From positions 1 through 43,854 of the forward strand of contig JBAVYC010000730.1 of NCBI GenBank assembly GCA_049698595.1: a DNA stretch of 43,854 nt, read 5' to 3'. The stretch is from Desulfobacterales bacterium (GTDB lineage Bacteria > Desulfobacterota > Desulfobacteria > Desulfobacterales > JAFDCJ01). The notes beneath the pieces are model-generated. The model worked only from the letters and a program-made list of their open reading frames with translations. It was not told the DNA's origin and ran no database searches. Positions 30,023 to 41,602 of this stretch are shown here, in pieces (within the stretch, counting starts at the first letter, position 1; each line of letters begins with the position of its first letter). Both the position numbers and the translations under genes were made by a program.

Positions 30023-31519
30023 ATGGATAACAATTACAACACCATTAATTCCTCCATCGATCATTTAAACGAAATTTCCGCCTGGGTCACATCCGTCCAG
30101 GATCTCGATCAGCTTCTTGAACTCATTATCGAAACCGCCACCCGGATGATGGATGCCAAGGCCAGCTCGCTTTTGCTGCTCGACCGCAAAACCCAGAAGC
30201 TTTATTTTAAAGTGGCCACTGGTGCAAAGGGGACTGATATCAAACAGTTCGAGATCGATCTCGGACAGGGCATCGCGGGTTATGTTGCACAGTCGGGAGA
30301 GCCGCTTTTGATCCCGGACGTGGCCAAAGATCCGCGCTGGTATAAAGAAATCAGTGAATCCATTGGGTTTAAAACCCAATCCATTGCCTGTGTACCGATG
30401 AAGATAAATGGCGAAACCATCGGTGTGGTAGAAATTATCGACAAGGCCGACGGCAGTTCAATTCGGAACGAAGATTTAAAAATATTGTCCGTTTTTGCCG
30501 ATCTGGCCGCCCGGGCCATCGGTAACGCCCGCAAGATCGAACACGATAAAAAAGAAATCAGAGATCTGAAAAAAGAGTTGCGGGGCAAGCATGAATTAGT
30601 CGGTGAAAGCAAAGCACTGCGCAACGTCATCTCCGATGCGATCAAAGTCGCCAATTCGAAATCCACCACCCTGCTTTTGGGAGAAAGCGGAACCGGCAAG
30701 GAACTGTTGGCCCGGTTGATTCATCGGGTGGGTCCCCGAAAGGATGAACCCATGATCGTCCTCAATTGCGCCGCTTTGCCGGAAACATTGCTCGAAGATG
30801 AGTTGTTCGGTCATGAAAAGGGGGCTTACACCGGCGCCGTTGCTCGAAAAATCGGCAAATTTGAACTGGCTGACGGGGGTACTATTTTTCTGGATGAAAT
30901 TGGAGAAATGAGCCCCGGCATGCAATCCAAACTCCTGCGCATTTTGCAGGAAGGCGTCTTTTACCGTGTGGGAGGCAATAAAGCGATTCCTGTGGATGTG
31001 CGCGTAATATCAGCCACAAACCGAAATATAGAGGAGGATGTCGCCCAGGGCAAGTTCCGTGAAGATCTGTATTACCGCATAAATGTGGTTCAAATTCAAA
31101 TGCCGCCCTTAAGAGAACGCAGGGAAGATATTGTGTTGCTGGCCGAATATTTTTTAGACATCTTCAAAAAAGAGAGGGGGACGTCTAATTTAATTATATC
31201 TAAAGCGGCCATGGATCTCATGCTGGAATATGACTGGCCCGGCAATGTCAGAGAAATGAAAAATGCCCTGGAAAGGGCGGTTGTCATGGGCAACGGCAAA
31301 CAGATTTTGCCCGAGGATCTTCCGGCATTTGCCTGCACACCCCAATATCCCGGCTTGGAAGTGGGATTGTCTTTGAAAGAAGCCACGGACATTTTTAAGA
31401 AAGAATTCATTGTCATCAACCTTAGGCACACCGAAGGCAACCGGAGTATGGCAGCAAAAACAATGAAAATTCAACGAACTTACCTATCAAGATTGATCGC
31501 CAAATTCGGTATAACCTGA
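30023..31519 (+). CDS. Sigma54-dependent activator, GAF-AAA+-Fis HTH (NifA-like architecture)
   Basis: N-terminal GAF domain, GESGTGKE, GAYTGA, FLDEIGE, FREDLYYR, WPGNVRE and a C-terminal HTH. Confidence 0.93.
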   Translation: MDNNYNTINSSIDHLNEISAWVTSVQDLDQLLELIIETATRMMDAKASSLLLLDRKTQKLYFKVATGAKGTDIKQFEIDLGQGIAGYVAQSGEPLLIPDVAKDPRWYKEISESIGFKTQSIACVPMKINGETIGVVEIIDKADGSSIRNEDLKILSVFADLAARAIGNARKIEHDKKEIRDLKKELRGKHELVGESKALRNVISDAIKVANSKSTTLLLGESGTGKELLARLIHRVGPRKDEPMIVLNCAALPETLLEDELFGHEKGAYTGAVARKIGKFELADGGTIFLDEIGEMSPGMQSKLLRILQEGVFYRVGGNKAIPVDVRVISATNRNIEEDVAQGKFREDLYYRINVVQIQMPPLRERREDIVLLAEYFLDIFKKERGTSNLIISKAAMDLMLEYDWPGNVREMKNALERAVVMGNGKQILPEDLPAFACTPQYPGLEVGLSLKEATDIFKKEFIVINLRHTEGNRSMAAKTMKIQRTYLSRLIAKFGIT

Positions 31520-31536
31520 GAGGAGGGAGTTCTGAA

Positions 31537-32415
31537 ATGATATCGACATTCGCTAAATTTAGTCTGGCCGCGGTATTTTTCACAGTGTTAACAGCTGCAT
31601 CCTGGGTTTTCGCCGCTGTTGAAATTAACCTTCAAAAAACATTGACAACCGATGGGGTGCCTGTTGATGTGGCAGTCTCCCAAGACGGCAATCTGACCTT
31701 TGTCCTCACCGATGACGGCAATGTTCTGATCTACAATCAGGTTGGAAATCTGACGGATACTATCGAAATCGGCCCTCATATCGATCAAATTGAGATCGGG
31801 CCTCGCGGAGAAAGGCTGTTTGCCGCTAGCCGCCAAAATAAAACAGTGGAAATTATCACTCTTGACTTCATTCATGAAATCAATACGTTGGGCTCTCCCT
31901 CGAAAGGCCCGCTTGAGGCACCGGTGGTCATCGCAGTGTTCAGTGACTTTCAATGAGGTTACTGCGCGAGGCTGGTGCCTCAACTTGAGCAGTTGCTCAT
32001 TAAATACCCCGGTAAGGTAAAAGTGGTTTTTAAAAACTTTCCTATCAGAAGTCACAAGTATGCTCTCAAAGCTGCCATGGCGGCATTGGCAGCTGAACCC
32101 CTGGGAAAATTCTGGGAATTTCACGACACGCTTTTTAACAATTACAACCGACTCAACGACCAAAAAATCCAGGAAATAGTTAAGATACTGGGTCTGGATG
32201 AAACGAAATTTAAAGAACAACAGAGGAATCCCGCCATTACGGAACGTATCCGACAGGATTACGAGGAGGGCATCCGGATAGGGGTCAGAGGAACACCGAC
32301 AATATTCATCAATGGCAAAAAACTACGGGACCGCGGTGTGCAGAGCATGGAGGCGGCCATCGAAAAGGAACTGCAAAAGCAACAGGAAAAAAGCCAAGAG
32401 GAAACTGCTCAATAG
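31537..32415 (+). CDS. Exported DsbA/Com1-like thioredoxin-fold selenoprotein (UxxC, in-frame UGA at 31954-31956)
   Basis: The two track ORFs are in frame and read VFSDFQ-TGA-GYC-ARLVPQLE. The protein has a signal peptide, the cis-Pro loop GVRGTPTIFING, and a SECIS-like hairpin after the UGA. Confidence 0.88.
31954..31987 (+). promoter_or_regulatory. Bacterial SECIS element
   Basis: UGA, then 11 nt, then a GAGGC-UGGU-GCCUC stem-loop (31968-31981) with a G-containing loop. Possible lower pairing AGGUU/AACUU. Confidence 0.72.
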
Positions 32416-32421
32416 CACCCC

Positions 32422-32440
32422 AATTGAGTATCGCTCAATT
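32422..32440. terminator. Small hairpin between the convergent dsbA-like and pyrG genes
   Basis: AATTGAG-tatcg-CTCAATT inverted repeat. No clear U-tract. Confidence 0.35.
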
Positions 32441-32448
32441 AGGTCTTA

Positions 32449-34107
<1,659 letters not shown>

Positions 34108-34257
34108 TTAATGATTGATGTTATTGATTTTATGGATTAAATTGAGGGATGAAAATTTGCCTGCCCACATGTTTCGGGATACGAAAAATAGTAATAGATA
34201 CCCGGGTCCAGAGGACCAGGTTTTGGATACAGAATTAACCAAATGATCAACTCACGT

Positions 34258-34301
34258 AAAAAAAGCGAAAACCCCCTTGTGCTATCGCCCAAAGGGGTTT
34301 A
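34258..34301 (-). terminator. Intrinsic terminator about 160 nt upstream of pyrG
   Basis: Minus strand reads AAACCCCTTTG-ggcgatagca-CAAGGGGGTTT followed by TCGCTTTTTTT. Confidence 0.65.
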
Positions 34302-34426
34302 GATCATTGCAGATAAACTAAAATATCGGCGTTTGGGTGGAATGTTAATTGGACCCTCTCAATTCCTTTTAGTTTTGAGCCAAGAATTGTCAGGCCCATC
34401 ACTCAATTGTTATTTATTAAGTACCA

Positions 34427-34455
34427 ATAATAAGATAATGGATCAATAAAGTAAA
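34427..34455 (-). promoter_or_regulatory. Putative sigma70 promoter for the pyrG leader or sRNA
   Basis: Minus strand TTTACT-N17-TATTAT. Confidence 0.5.
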
Positions 34456-34479
34456 GTCGGAATTTTTACATTTTTAAGG

Positions 34480-35451
34480 TTATTCAAAAATGAGCCTGAA
34501 TTCCTCGATGGTTTTTTCAACTTCACTGGGTTCTTCGGGTTCACCGGGCACGATCGGTTGTGCCGGCGCCTGGTGAAAAACCGTCTTCAGATAATCGATA
34601 TCAAAAAGTTCCTCGGAAAACGTTGGGTTCTCCTCAAAATTTATGGCTTGATTGACGCGTACCAGATTCCCGTCCTGATAGAACTCGATGCGAGACGGAT
34701 AGCGGGTTTTACCGATCTTCCACCAGACCAGATATTGAATCTCGATTGTATCCGATTCGCCGGCCGGATTTACCCCTTTGATAATCCAGCGCAGGGGCAG
34801 GAAGGTGTCCTGATCAATCCATACCTGAGAAACCGACTCATCCGGATATTGCGCTCCGATGACAAATGCAATTTTTTCCTCAAATCGTCCCAGACTCGAT
34901 ATGGAGACATCCACTCCCAGTTGGCGCAACCTTTCAACGAGTTCCTCACGCGAGTGGTAAAACAAAAGATCTTGGTAGAGATCAAATCGATTTCTAGCCT
35001 CGGGCACGCTGTTTCCATCAATTAATGTCAGGGTTTTTCCTTCGGAATAAATAAAAATGCGCTCAGACTCATTTGATCTTGCGTCCGAACGAAAGGCTTT
35101 AGAAAATATATATCTCAAGGATCCTTCCAGTTCCATGGTTTCCGGTACCTCGGCCATTTGATCGGCATAATGATCCTGTGACCTGCGCGAACCGTCCATA
35201 GCATCGACCGCATCAGAGGACTGTGCTGATTCACTACCAGGGGAATACTGATTCGAATCATCATCCCCGCCAAACCGGTAAAAGATAATCTTTTGTGAAA
35301 CAAACAAGCTTTTGGCCTTTCCCAGATTTTCAATCACCAAATCAAGTACATGGGGCCCCTGCAGCACGTAGGCATAAACCGGAGCAACGAAAACAACAAT
35401 AATGCCAATGAGAAATGGAAAAACAAGGCGTTTCTTAATATGAGCATTCAT
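34480..35451 (-). CDS. Exported hypothetical protein, possibly LolA-like fold
   Basis: Signal peptide ending in VYA. VWIDQDTFLPLR and YPSRIEFY segments resemble LolA-like lipoprotein-sorting proteins. Confidence 0.65.
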   Translation of the reverse strand: MNAHIKKRLVFPFLIGIIVVFVAPVYAYVLQGPHVLDLVIENLGKAKSLFVSQKIIFYRFGGDDDSNQYSPGSESAQSSDAVDAMDGSRRSQDHYADQMAEVPETMELEGSLRYIFSKAFRSDARSNESERIFIYSEGKTLTLIDGNSVPEARNRFDLYQDLLFYHSREELVERLRQLGVDVSISSLGRFEEKIAFVIGAQYPDESVSQVWIDQDTFLPLRWIIKGVNPAGESDTIEIQYLVWWKIGKTRYPSRIEFYQDGNLVRVNQAINFEENPTFSEELFDIDYLKTVFHQAPAQPIVPGEPEEPSEVEKTIEEFRLIFE

Positions 35452-35472
35452 AGACGACTCGGCTTTTAGGTT

Positions 35473-36798
<1,326 letters not shown>

Positions 36799-36846
36799 CT
36801 ATTAATGATTAGGGCTTTAAGCGATCAAAAAAATGTCTGGTGAATA

Positions 36847-36874
36847 TTGACAAATTTCATAGAAATGTTACTCT
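36847..36874 (+). promoter_or_regulatory. Putative sigma70 promoter driving the structured leader
   Basis: TTGACA-N16-TACTCT with an extended TG. Predicted start is near 36881. Confidence 0.55.
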
Positions 36875-36940
36875 GCTTACTCTCGTATGTCAAGTTTGGA
36901 CCGTTGATTTCCCGAACAACGTCAAAGTCGGCTACAGCTG

Positions 36941-37005
36941 GCACAGGGAGAAGCAGTTTGCTTCACCGGATACGGCACTAAAATTATTCCAGGCAATTAC
37001 CTGTC
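36941..37005 (+). ncRNA. Glycine-riboswitch-like aptamer variant (candidate riboswitch)
   Basis: ACAGG-GAGA-[AGCA guu UGCU]-UCACC-GGAUA...UA-U-UCC-A-GG-CAAUUA-CCUGU. The order of elements matches the glycine aptamer (GGAGA, P2, CACCGAAG..CUUUCAGG..ACC), with compensatory P3 substitutions. Confidence 0.55.
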
Positions 37006-37055
37006 TAAAGGAACAGGCCGAAATCGATTCCAGATCCATCTATGTTAGGATGCTT

Positions 37056-37469
37056 ATGCCGAACAAGAAAATCAACTTATATTCCCAGGCCCATCTAATG
37101 GTTGCGGCCATCCGTGTGTATGAACATTTAAATGGCCGACCGCCCACTGTCGATGATGTCTGCCGGGTCATCAATTTTTCCATGGAACAAGGCCACTTCA
37201 TCTGTCGCAAACTCCAGGAACTTGATATTATCAAAGCCGTAGACGGATCCTACGGTACCCGTTTGTTCATCAACGACCATTTAAAATTGGAAGATCTGCC
37301 CCGCGATGAGCCGGAGAACAAGCTGGAAGATGATCTTAAAAAGTTTCAGGACACCCAGAAAGCCTTTTCCCGCAAAATAGAGTCTTTTCAGGCCCAGCAG
37401 AAGCAAAAGAAAAAAGATCTCTTTGCTGAAATGGAAAAAAAACTCAAAGAAGAATTAGAAAAGAAGTAA
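37056..37469 (+). CDS. Hypothetical protein with wHTH-like N-terminus and charged coiled-coil C-terminus
   Basis: RPPTVDDVCRVINFS...CRKLQELDII resembles a LexA-type wHTH, followed by a K/E/Q-rich tail. AGGA RBS before ATG 37056 (ATG 37050 is also possible). Confidence 0.72.
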   Translation: MPNKKINLYSQAHLMVAAIRVYEHLNGRPPTVDDVCRVINFSMEQGHFICRKLQELDIIKAVDGSYGTRLFINDHLKLEDLPRDEPENKLEDDLKKFQDTQKAFSRKIESFQAQQKQKKKDLFAEMEKKLKEELEKK

Positions 37470-37475
37470 CATACT

Positions 37476-39458
37476 TCATTGAAGTTTTGTGTCCCAATTC
37501 CACAGCCCCTTCCTCTTCTTCATCTTCACTCTTTTGGGAAGCGGTTCGATCAAATCGATAAAAACGGCATATCCGGCTTGGTACAGCGCTTTTTTATGGA
37601 TGCGCAAATCCAGTTTCCAGTTTGGATAGACCCAGTAATCCGGACCATGACGGGTCGCCCAGGCCTGTTCGCCCATGGGGCTTGAAAAAGCTTTATCCTG
37701 TTGGACATCTTCCGAAAGTGTTCTCGCCACACACAGGGGCCAGTTTCCCGCAATAACGATTCCCAGGGGAATCGGACTGTGCCGTGGCAGCTGTAAATAA
37801 TCATCGGCACCGAGTTCCGGGCTGACAACAGCTCCGTTAAAACCCATGGCGCCTGCGGATTCGATAGCCAGCGGATTGGCGAGGTTGCAGAACGGACCGG
37901 CCCAGATCTTGAGTCCTTTTTGTTTTTTAAAAAATGCGATCTGCCAGGGCGCATTCAGCACAAAATGCCGGGCGCCTTTATTGATTGCAAGCTGCACGTG
38001 TTCTTTTACCACTTTTTCATTTTCAGGCCAGATCACCGGCGTAAGCCACCAATGGATCCGGGAAACAATTTTCCCGGACATTTTTTTTATAATCGGCCCG
38101 GATAACCAGAGACCGGATTGCCCCGGCGCGTCCGATCCCGGCAATTTTCGGTATACCGCAATATCCACCATCCTTGATTTTTTTGGATTGCCGGCCGGCA
38201 AAGAAGGGACGAACAGGGAAACACACCCGGAAGCGCTTTGGATTGGATTGAGCTGATCATCTAGTTCCGATATCATCTCATCCAAATGCTTTTCACGCCG
38301 ATCCGTCAAAAACACCGGTGCACCCTTGGCAGCTGTTTTTTTCGAAGAAGGGCTGATGAACAGCCGGCCGCCTTTGGGTACCGATCGGCCAATGCGCTTT
38401 TTACTGTGCCCGGTTTCGTCCTCGTACCCAATCCGCAAAATATCTCCCGGAAATAATTCTTCCCTCGTATTGAAGTAGGAATTTTGCCGGGCGCCTTTAA
38501 TCTTACCCACCAGCAGGCCGGAACCGGTCTGACTGTTAAGATTGACAGGATTCTGCGGCCGCTGGGGCAGAAAATGATAGTGGGTGCCGGCGCGGCCCAG
38601 AGCACGGCCCAACAAGTGCAGCGCATCTTTTTTCATTTTGGAATCACGGTGGTGATCTCTGAGCATCCGGTAAGCACGAACTGTGGAATAGACATAATGC
38701 GGGCTTTTTTTTCGCCCCTCTATTTTCCATGTTCGAACTTTGGGTATTGACAAAAGTACCTTGGCCAGAACATCGACGCTCAAATCCTGACAAGAGAAAT
38801 ATCTATGGGCTTGGCCGGTCTGGGTATACCGTCGGCGGCAAGGTTGAACACACCGTCCTCTCAGACCGCTCTTGCCGCCCATGTAACTGCTCCAGTAACA
38901 CCTTCCGGAGACAGCATAGCAAAGCGCTCCATGAATAAATACTTCCAGATCTAAATCGGGTGGACACTCCCGGGCCAGAGTTTTGAGTTCATCGACGTTA
39001 AGCTCCCGTGGAAGCACCACACGGTCCACCTGAAGATGTTGTCGGATGACCTGCAGCGCCATAGAAAAACTCACATTTGCGAGGGTCGAAAGATGAACTT
39101 CACCTGAAAATCCGGTCTGTCTGATCAGAGACACCATGCCGAGATCCTGAATAATTATGGCATCAGGCTTTACCCGGCGCTGCAGAAGATCCAAAAATTG
39201 CCCGGCCCGCTTGAGATCATCGGGTTTTAACAAGGAATTTACGGCCACAAATACTTTAACACATTTTCTATGGGCCAGATCGACCAGGGCAGTGAACTCC
39301 TCGATGGTAAAATTTTTGGCCTCCATGCGGGCAGAAAAATGCTTTAATCCACAGTAAACAGCGTCGGCTCCGGCAGCTACGGCTGCCAGAAAAGAAGCTT
39401 TATTTCCGGCTGGAGCGAGGATTTCAGGGGGAGATGTCGATGGTTGTTGGGCATCCAT
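37476..39458 (-). CDS. Peptidase U32 family protein (RlhA/TrhP-like Fe-S RNA hydroxylation family)
   Basis: PEILAPAG, GADAVY, HGALCYAVSGRC, RGRCVQPCRR and KIEGRKK motifs. Confidence 0.88.
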   Translation of the reverse strand: MDAQQPSTSPPEILAPAGNKASFLAAVAAGADAVYCGLKHFSARMEAKNFTIEEFTALVDLAHRKCVKVFVAVNSLLKPDDLKRAGQFLDLLQRRVKPDAIIIQDLGMVSLIRQTGFSGEVHLSTLANVSFSMALQVIRQHLQVDRVVLPRELNVDELKTLARECPPDLDLEVFIHGALCYAVSGRCYWSSYMGGKSGLRGRCVQPCRRRYTQTGQAHRYFSCQDLSVDVLAKVLLSIPKVRTWKIEGRKKSPHYVYSTVRAYRMLRDHHRDSKMKKDALHLLGRALGRAGTHYHFLPQRPQNPVNLNSQTGSGLLVGKIKGARQNSYFNTREELFPGDILRIGYEDETGHSKKRIGRSVPKGGRLFISPSSKKTAAKGAPVFLTDRREKHLDEMISELDDQLNPIQSASGCVSLFVPSLPAGNPKKSRMVDIAVYRKLPGSDAPGQSGLWLSGPIIKKMSGKIVSRIHWWLTPVIWPENEKVVKEHVQLAINKGARHFVLNAPWQIAFFKKQKGLKIWAGPFCNLANPLAIESAGAMGFNGAVVSPELGADDYLQLPRHSPIPLGIVIAGNWPLCVARTLSEDVQQDKAFSSPMGEQAWATRHGPDYWVYPNWKLDLRIHKKALYQAGYAVFIDLIEPLPKRVKMKKRKGLWNWDTKLQ

Positions 39459-39645
39459 TAGTTGTTGGTTGCGATTTTGATGTTTTTATAAGAAGAAGCG
39501 TACAAGTTTGACTCACTAATCAGCTGCGAATAATCGGATACCGCTATTCAACCATTTAAAAGCGGCTATTGTCAAGAGATAGCCCCGCTAAATGCAAGAA
39601 CAAGGCCGGGGGGACGAAAAGTTACGCTGCTTTCCAATAAACACA

Positions 39646-39705
39646 CCAGTACCAATACCCAGTAACCGATACCCAGTAACCGATATCCAGTAACCGATAT
39701 CCAAT
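39646..39705. repeat. Tandem 14-bp (2x7) repeat CCAGTAACCGATAY x3 with degenerate flanks
   Basis: ccagtaaccgatac-ccagtaaccgatat-ccagtaaccgatat at 39659-39700. Confidence 0.85.
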
Positions 39706-39869
39706 CCTCCGTATCCTGAACCAGGTTTAAATACTGTATTTATTTGTGTAAATTTGATATAGTATTCAACAGCCAACGATTAAATTTAAGGAAAAAATCT
39801 TGCCTTTAATCCCGATTTCAGCCGGAAAATCTGCCCCTTTGAACACTTATTGATAGGGAGTCCATTTAA

Positions 39870-41585
39870 ATGAATATTGAAAATCATAACGAACCCCACG
39901 GAGGTTCGCTGGTCAATCTTATTGTTGATGATCAACGCGCCGCCAAGCTAAAAGAAATCGTTATAAATCTGCCGGATATCACTTTGAATGACCGGCAATT
40001 GTGTGATCTGGAATTGCTTGCAACCGGTGCGTTTTCACCACTGACGGGATTTATGAACCGATCTGATTATGAATCCGTGATCGATCGCATGCGCCTTCAG
40101 AACGATCTATTGTGGCCGATTCCGATTTATCTTGATATCAACGAGTTGCAGGCGCGCAAACTGGAAGTCGGGCAGTCCGTTGCACTCAGAGACCCGGAAG
40201 GCTTTCTTCTGGCAATTATGCATATTGAGGACATCTGGCAAGCCGACCGGCAAAAAGAGGCTGCCCGGGTTTATGGCACATCTGACCGCAATCATCCCGG
40301 GACGGATTACCTGTTTACCCGTGGGGGCCGATATTATCTTGGCGGTACGCTGGAAGTTATGAGCACTCCGCTCCATTTTGATTTTAAACAGCTTCGCATG
40401 ACACCCGCAGAAATTCGGGCGACCTTTAAAAAACTGGGCTGGAAAAGGATGACAGGTTTTTTAACGCATAATCCCATCCATCGCCCACATTTTGAAATGA
40501 CCATCAATGCCATGCAACAGGCAAGGGCAAACTTGCTGCTGCTGCCCATCACGGGAATGACCAGATCCGGTGACTTTGACCATTACACCCGCGTCCGATG
40601 CTACCGCCATGTGGTCCGGCACTATCCGCCGGATTCCCATATTTTGAGCATGCTGCCGTTAGCCATGCGCATGTCCGGTCCACGGGAAGCTCTGCTGCAT
40701 GCAATCATCGCAAAAAACTATGGCTGCACCCACTTTATCACCGGCCGGGATCATGCCGGTCCCGGCCCGGATGACAATGGTCAACCCTATTATGAAAGTG
40801 ACGAGGCCAGCAAATTAGCTAAAACGCATAGTCAGGAAATCGGCCTGACGGTCGTTCCCTTCACCGAGATGGTCTACCTTCCGTTTGAAGATGAGTACCG
40901 CTGTGCCGATCAGGTGCCTGAAGGTACCCAGGTAATATCTCTTTCCGGGTCCGATATTCGTAAACGTATTCGCACGGGTCGCCGAATACCGGAATGGGCG
41001 ACTTTTCCCGAAGTCGTTGAGGAACTGCAAAAAGCCTATCCGCCTCCCCGTCGTCAGGGGATTGCGGTGTTTCTAACCGGTCTTTCCGGCTCCGGCAAAT
41101 CCACCATCGCAAAAATTATTTATGCCCGCTTTCTGGAGATCGGGGACCGTCCGGTAACCCTGCTGGACGGTGACATCGTGCGACAGAATTTGTCCAGTGA
41201 ACTGAGTTTTTCCAAAGAACACCGTGATTTAAATGTCCAGCGCATCGGTTTCGTCGCCGGCGAGATCACCAAAAACCGCGGTATCGCAATCTGCGCGCCC
41301 ATTGCGCCCTATGCCGCCACCCGATCTGAAATCAGACGACTTATTGAAAATTATGGTGGTTTTATCGAGGTTCACGTGTCAACACCCCTCGAGGTTTGTG
41401 AAAAGCGAGACCGCAAAGGCATGTATGCCAAAGCCAGAGCAGGTCTCATCAAGGATTTCACCGGGATTGATGCCCCCTATGAAACACCCCGTTCGCCGGA
41501 AGTTCGTATCGACACCACCGCTATCACGCCGGATGAAGCTGCCGGACAAATCATGCTGCACTTGCAGCGCAATGGGTTTATTTAA
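39870..41585 (+). CDS. Bifunctional sulfate adenylyltransferase / adenylylsulfate kinase (Sat-CysC fusion)
   Basis: EPHGG, GAFSPLTGFM, NPIHRPH and KNYGCTHFITGRDHAG, followed by the APS kinase motifs TGLSGSGKST and LLDGD. Confidence 0.93.
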   Translation: MNIENHNEPHGGSLVNLIVDDQRAAKLKEIVINLPDITLNDRQLCDLELLATGAFSPLTGFMNRSDYESVIDRMRLQNDLLWPIPIYLDINELQARKLEVGQSVALRDPEGFLLAIMHIEDIWQADRQKEAARVYGTSDRNHPGTDYLFTRGGRYYLGGTLEVMSTPLHFDFKQLRMTPAEIRATFKKLGWKRMTGFLTHNPIHRPHFEMTINAMQQARANLLLLPITGMTRSGDFDHYTRVRCYRHVVRHYPPDSHILSMLPLAMRMSGPREALLHAIIAKNYGCTHFITGRDHAGPGPDDNGQPYYESDEASKLAKTHSQEIGLTVVPFTEMVYLPFEDEYRCADQVPEGTQVISLSGSDIRKRIRTGRRIPEWATFPEVVEELQKAYPPPRRQGIAVFLTGLSGSGKSTIAKIIYARFLEIGDRPVTLLDGDIVRQNLSSELSFSKEHRDLNVQRIGFVAGEITKNRGIAICAPIAPYAATRSEIRRLIENYGGFIEVHVSTPLEVCEKRDRKGMYAKARAGLIKDFTGIDAPYETPRSPEVRIDTTAITPDEAAGQIMLHLQRNGFI

Positions 41586-41602
41586 CTTTCAAGAGGTGTA
41601 CG

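Noticed and set aside
31537..31956. dsbA-like gene as a nonsense pseudogene
   Set aside because: The stop is TGA precisely at the catalytic Cys position, with a SECIS-like hairpin and an intact downstream frame. Selenocysteine is the simpler explanation.
36840..37055. N-terminal extension of the 209-aa ORF
   Set aside because: The GTG lies upstream of the predicted promoter, and the region is better explained as a structured leader. An RBS precedes ATG 37056.
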